Source of the DNA: Schmidtea polychroa
Lineage: Eukaryota
Reading direction: 5' to 3'
Assembly (NCBI GenBank): GCA_044892525.1
Contig: CM097887.1
Location: 73,346,001 to 73,410,000 of the forward strand
Length of the DNA: 64,000 nt
Shown: positions 58,873 through 64,000 of the stretch, piece by piece
Position numbering within the stretch: the first letter of the stretch is position 1
Layout: each line of letters opens with the position of its first letter
The notes under the pieces: generated by a model
What the model was told of the DNA's origin: nothing
Databases searched by the model: none
The model's input: only the letters and a program-made list of their open reading frames with translations
Translations under genes and position numbers: made by a program

Positions 58873-59125
58873 GTAACGGATTTTCTAATTATATAATTTT
58901 TAAATAATGTAAATAGTTTTAAAAGAAATACATGAGAGATTTTAAACATGAATAAAAAACGGATAATTTCAGGGAATTGATTGATTAAATAAGGGTTTGC
59001 TAGTGAAATTGTTAATCACTTTTAATTTATGATCAATGAGATTGGTAATGTTTGATAAAACAAATCGGATTTTCAATTAAATGCTAAATAAACGATGGGA
59101 GGGGTAACTAATTCTTGCTCTAGTG

Positions 59126-60780
59126 CAGTGATTCCCAAATGGGTTCCCACGAAACCCCATGGTTCCGCGCGATAATGAGCTCTGACAGTAGATATTGCCA
59201 ATTTTAAAATTTCTCCAACGGATATTTTCGAATGTAATTCAAATTTTTAGTCCACTTGTCAAGTTTCGTCAAATAAATTGTAACACGTGTTATTAATTTC
59301 AGTCAAATTCATATAAAAGTCGCGAGAGATTGGCTTTAATAATAAAGATTTGGGCTTAGTGTTCCTCCTTAGCTTTTCAGTGCTAAATTAGAATTACTAA
59401 ACTTGTCATCTGTCTTTTATCTATCTTTCTGTCTATACCTGCCTTTCTAATCTATCTATCTTATCCAGTGGTTCCCAACCTTTTTACATCGAGACACACT
59501 ATTAAGCTCTTTAAATTTTCATGGCACACGTATCACAAAGAATAAAGACTTTTTGCAATGAAATAATATAAAACAAAGAATATCATATAAGGAGAATTTT
59601 TATTCACATAAATACAACATATTCTGTAATCAGTAACGGGCATTGAATAATAATTGTGAAAGTCAGTGAGACAGTTGTGTCTGATGCTTCTTTACTACTG
59701 CTGCAATTTGTGGGTGAATGTGGGAAAGACATACTCTTAACTCTTCAATGTTTAAATTCTTTCACGTTTTTTATTTTTAATGTGGTTTAGTTAAAAAAAT
59801 CGCAGTTCACATAGGTACGAAGTTGAGAATTGCAGTTAGACTTTGATGGCTTTTTTACTAAGAGCTGGATACTCTTCCATAACAGAAATCCAAAAGGTGT
59901 CTAATGGTAGTTGTGCGCATTTCAAATTGGTCCCCGATCACTGGAAAGACTTTCTAGTTCTTCCTCTTCATATAATTCAAAGTTGGAAAGATTAATGATC
60001 GATAAATCTAGGAAAGAATTTCGAATCCAATCAAATTCTTCAATGTTGATTGAGGGGAAATATTCTTCAATTTTATTTTCCAAAATTGCCAAATGCTCAT
60101 TAATAATTAGAATTATCTCGGTAACACAGGTTTTGCGAACTGATGGAAACATATCCAAGTTGTTTACCATCATCCTTTTCTTCCACATTGCAATTTTTTC
60201 TTAAAAGTAACGAATTTATCTGTTGCCGTAAGAATATTTTCATTTCTGCCTAGTATATTGCTTTTCAGACCATTGGGACATCCACAATTCATTTTTAAGG
60301 AATTTACAAAATCTATCAAGCTTTTCATTTTCAAAAATAAAAAGTTCTTTCTAAAGCTCAATTACGCGAGATTGCACCTTTCTCTTCGATAACCGTCTTA
60401 TGCCTGTATGCAATAGTAAACGAACATAATGAGAATCCATATCCTTGCACAGGAACACAAAAATTCTGGACTTCAACGGCCGGGTTTTTCGAAATTTACC
60501 ATTTCGATCACTTTAGTTCAATTTGTGTTATCTTTGAAACTAATACTTCTCTGTGTAAAAAACAATGAGATCGCACGATGTTAGGATTCTGTTTTTCCAC
60601 TAAAGATACACAACCTTTAACAGCGGAAAAGGAATATGTGCATCTCCAGTCCAGTGAAACCCAAATTTCAAATAATCATCAATACAACCGATGAACCTTT
60701 GGTTTTATAAATGAAATTGCAGAATTATTCTTGTCACCATCGCCTTTTCTTTTGAATAACATCCATATTTAAAGGTGAAT
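59126..60780 (-). mobile_element. Charlie/Buster-type hAT remnant(s) in MVP intron 2
   Basis: Termini CAGTGATTCCCAAA (59126, after CTCTAGTG) and CAGTGGTTCCCAACC (59466); HCFLHRE.LVSK and FSTSYLCE..IKNKKRE fragments. Confidence 0.8.
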
Positions 60781-60876
60781 TAAATCTAAAATTGAAGAAA
60801 ATAAATCTAAGAGAATTTTTATCATATTTTAAATTCAATTTTAAATTCAAATTTCAGCGTATAAGAAATTGAACAC

Positions 60877-60879
60877 ACG

Positions 60880-60931
<52 letters not shown>
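60877..60931. repeat. compound (AC)n(AT)n microsatellite
   Basis: Directly visible. Confidence 0.9.
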
Positions 60932-60934
<3 letters not shown>

Positions 60935-61802
60935 ATGTATTATATCTTTTTTTACTGTTACTTATATCATTATGTAAGTTACAAAAAAATAAAAAATTAT
61001 ATAGTGGAATTTACTATAGTAAATTATCACTAGAAAAATTACAAAACTATAAAACTACAGTATTTTAATATTTAACTGAACAACTAAATAATTAGAAGAT
61101 TTTGATATTTTCTGAACAATCGAAAAGAATAATTAAAAACTAAGAAGACAGAGAGACTAATAAGAGGATAAATACTCAAACAATCAACTTGAATGAAAAG
61201 AATCTTCCGAAAATTAATCATAAAAATTGTTTCAAATATCTCTTGTATTCAGAGACAATTGATATACTATTATATCCAAATCCTGATAATCAGTGTCTTC
61301 TAATACTTATAGAACAAACTCCAAGATATCAAAGTTCAGTTCAGGTTTTACAATAATAACTTAAAACTCGCTCAATTATAACCAAACCAATTTCAATCAT
61401 AATTTAGTAAATTTCCTGTTTAAATAATTGGAGATCTCCGAAAGTATAACGAAGTATTCCTAATTTTGTTAATAAAATTGTAATAATTATTATTTTTGAT
61501 TATATACATACAAGTAGACCGACTGTCCCGCCACATTTTTTACCGGAGACGCTGTCAGTCTCTACAGACTTTCGTTACACATCAAATTACAAGTACTCAC
61601 AATCACAACTGATAATAAGATCACAATAAATAACTAATAATTATAAGACCATTATATATAATTCTTAATATCAGTTTGTTTATTTTAATTTAACCGAAAT
61701 TTTTTTTTTGACACAGGTATGAAATTACCATAATTTCTTATATTATCAGTTAATACTGATATTAAAAATTCTGTATATTATATAATGATTATTGAATTTC
61801 AG

Positions 61803-62165
61803 AGAGCCTTACATTTAAAAGCACTTAAAACCTTCAAAGATGAGTATGATGTTGTTAGAAAAAGTGGAGAAGAATGGTTAGTTACGATGCATGATACTGA
61901 AATTCATATTCCAGCTGTTTACGAAGAAATCGTTGGCGAAATTGAAATAACAACTTTAACAAATCGTCAATATTGTGTTATATTGGATCCGGTTGATGAG
62001 AAAGGGAAGCCTCAATTGGGAAAAAAGAAACTAGTTAAGGGTGATAAATCTTTCTTTTTAATGCCAGGAGAAAGTCTTGAGTGTGGCATTCAAAACATTT
62101 ATGTACTTGGAGAAAACGAAGGAATTATTCTGAAAGCTATCGAGGAATTTGAAGACGGAGCTGTG
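61803..62165 (+). CDS. MVP: major vault protein, coding exon 3 (gene continues beyond the window)
   Basis: TTTCAG acceptor; [50 protein letters not shown]; GT donor at 62166. Confidence 0.95.
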
Positions 62166-62310
62166 GTAAATTGTTTTATTATTTTTTATAATATTAGGTG
62201 ATCCTTTCCCAATTTTTCTATAGTGATCAGTGAAATTATTAATTTGAATTATCTTTTATTTTTGAAATTTATTACCAAAAATATAATTTAATTTTTTTAT
62301 CATATGAGAT

Positions 62311-64000
62311 TAGGGCTTGCAATATCGGATCAAATTTTCAAAACCGGTATTTCGGTATTTCATTATATTAATACCGGGATCCCGGTATTAATACCGGTAT
62401 TTAAGAAAAAACAAAAAAAAAGCAAAACTACACCGCAAAAAATAGAAAAAAAAATATTTATAAAGAAAATAAAATATTTAATTCAATAACGAATAATTCG
62501 AAACAATAAACTTTTTTTTTAAAGTGCCACAAAAGACAAAAAAATATAAAATAAAAAGAGTAATAATATAATTAATAATATATAAGAATAATAAGTCCTA
62601 TGTCCTATTGTTGTGATTCACTTAAGCTGGATCGAATTTTTGTGCACAACAACCCTGCTGCTGAAAAGGCTCTTTCGGACTCGACGCTAGTTGGTGGTAT
62701 GGACATAAGGCAGTCATATACTAGTTGAAGATATTTTCCTCTAATATGTTCTACTTCGAAGTATGCTAGTTCCTGTTTTATAACTTTATAAAGTACTTTA
62801 GAATTCACCGTTTTTGAAATTCCACTCGCAGAATTCATCACATTAACTTTCTTGGAAATTGCCATTTCTAGTTTTTCTTTCATTGTCATCGAACTTAGAA
62901 TTTCTGGCTCAGAATCAGCAGATAACTCAGAAACGTCGATGGAAGAGGCTCCTATGTTTTCAATATCGATGACATCGATAGTATATAAGCGTTCCAATAA
63001 ATTTATAATTATTTTTATAATTGTTGCGTTGTTAATTCGATTAAAAATTTCATTTTGGTCGTCATCTGCTGATTCAGTAGGATTGTGCAGGTATTGTAGT
63101 AGACTAGATAAATCAGTACGCCTTTGTTTTATACGAATAATTAGCTCTTCTTTGAATTCATTACTTAAAGCAGTATTCTGTTCTGTCAATTGATTAAACA
63201 TAAATAGTAAAGCTGCATCTGCACTAAGAAGAGTAGCATCTTGACGACAACAAGCTTCAACAGTTAATTTGATTGGAAGAAGAACTGAAATAACTGATGA
63301 TGCTAAAGAAAAATCAATTTCCGAAAATGATATTTCGGCATTTAAATTTAAATCAATCAAAGCCTTTTGTATGCAGTTCTTTAACTGGACAAAGCGTTCT
63401 AGCATGGCAAGTAAGCTATTCCAACGTGTTTTAGAATCTAGAATTAAATTCAGTTCCTTTCCAAATTGTTCTTTAACATGTTTCTGTAAAGCTTTATCAT
63501 TTTTCATTGGCGAACGTCTGAATAGCTTCACAACCTTTCTTATTTTTTTAATCAATGGACCTATCTGTTCATGAATAATTAAACAGTCAATTGCATTGTT
63601 TTCTTGAAGTATGGATAAACTATTATCATCAAGATCACTATCATTTTCATCACTTGTATACTGGTTATCATCTTCGTTACAATTAGAATGTTCATTTTCT
63701 AAATTTTGGTGTATCATATTTATATATAAAACCTTAATGAAGCCAATTAAATTCCGTGAACTAAGCAAAGTTGTTTCCTTGCACAAATCAACTTTCCAAC
63801 TTTGGTCATGACAGATGCACTATCGGTTGTAATGCACACAATGTGTTTATTTAAAGAAACTTGGAATAATTTAAGCCTTTCTTCAACGAGGGCAACACAC
63901 TTTTCTGCAGGCAATGATCCTTGCACGCGAACTAATCCTAGGTTCCAGAATTTCTTGATGCCAGCATGAACATTTATATTTAAATAACGTCGGTTTTTTA
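62311..64000 (-). mobile_element. hAT (Ac/hobo-type) element in MVP intron 3, truncated by the window edge
   Basis: TAGGGCTTGCAATA terminus with ATACCGG repeats; CITTDSASVM; KTRWNSLLAMLERF; PPTSVESERAFS; frameshifts. Confidence 0.9.

Noticed and set aside
1-64000. Microsporidian or prokaryotic origin
   Set aside because: MVP with multi-kb GT-AG introns and the metazoan-type transposon spectrum argue against it.

Overview
AT-rich, transposon-dense eukaryotic (almost certainly metazoan) genomic DNA with GT-AG introns and two assembly gaps. The composition, 63-bp intron, retained major vault protein and NeSL-type retroelement fit a planarian-like flatworm, but this is an unverified inference. 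Left (1-18 kb): a cluster of intronless RING-HC (C3HC3D) plus helical-domain genes (two intact, one frameshifted), a cold-shock-domain/actin chimera, a patchwork duplication, and hAT, Tigger/pogo and MITE insertions. 18-24 kb: a decayed short-LTR Ty3/gypsy element and hAT/pogo remnants. 24-30 kb: GC-rich short ORFs (coiled-coil, AT-hook) lying head-to-head with an Asn-rich region. 32.8-36.6 kb: nested hAT elements and solo LTRs. 43.7-51.3 kb (minus): a NeSL-clade-like RLE non-LTR retrotransposon with an intact RT-CCHC-RLE ORF, a Ulp1-like domain with apparently substituted catalytic residues, several zinc fingers and a very long lesion-bearing N-terminal extension. Divergent from it lies a coiled-coil ORF homologous to the one at 24.4-24.9 kb, and a relative of its N-terminal domain sits at about 37.0-38.0 kb. 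Right end: the first three coding exons of MVP, with hAT remnants in introns 2 and 3. The best candidate for an undescribed system is the bidirectional cassette (divergent coiled-coil gene, shared promoter-like motif, Asn-rich polyprotein) attached to the NeSL-like element. All protein assignments come from motif recognition by eye; no searches were run.
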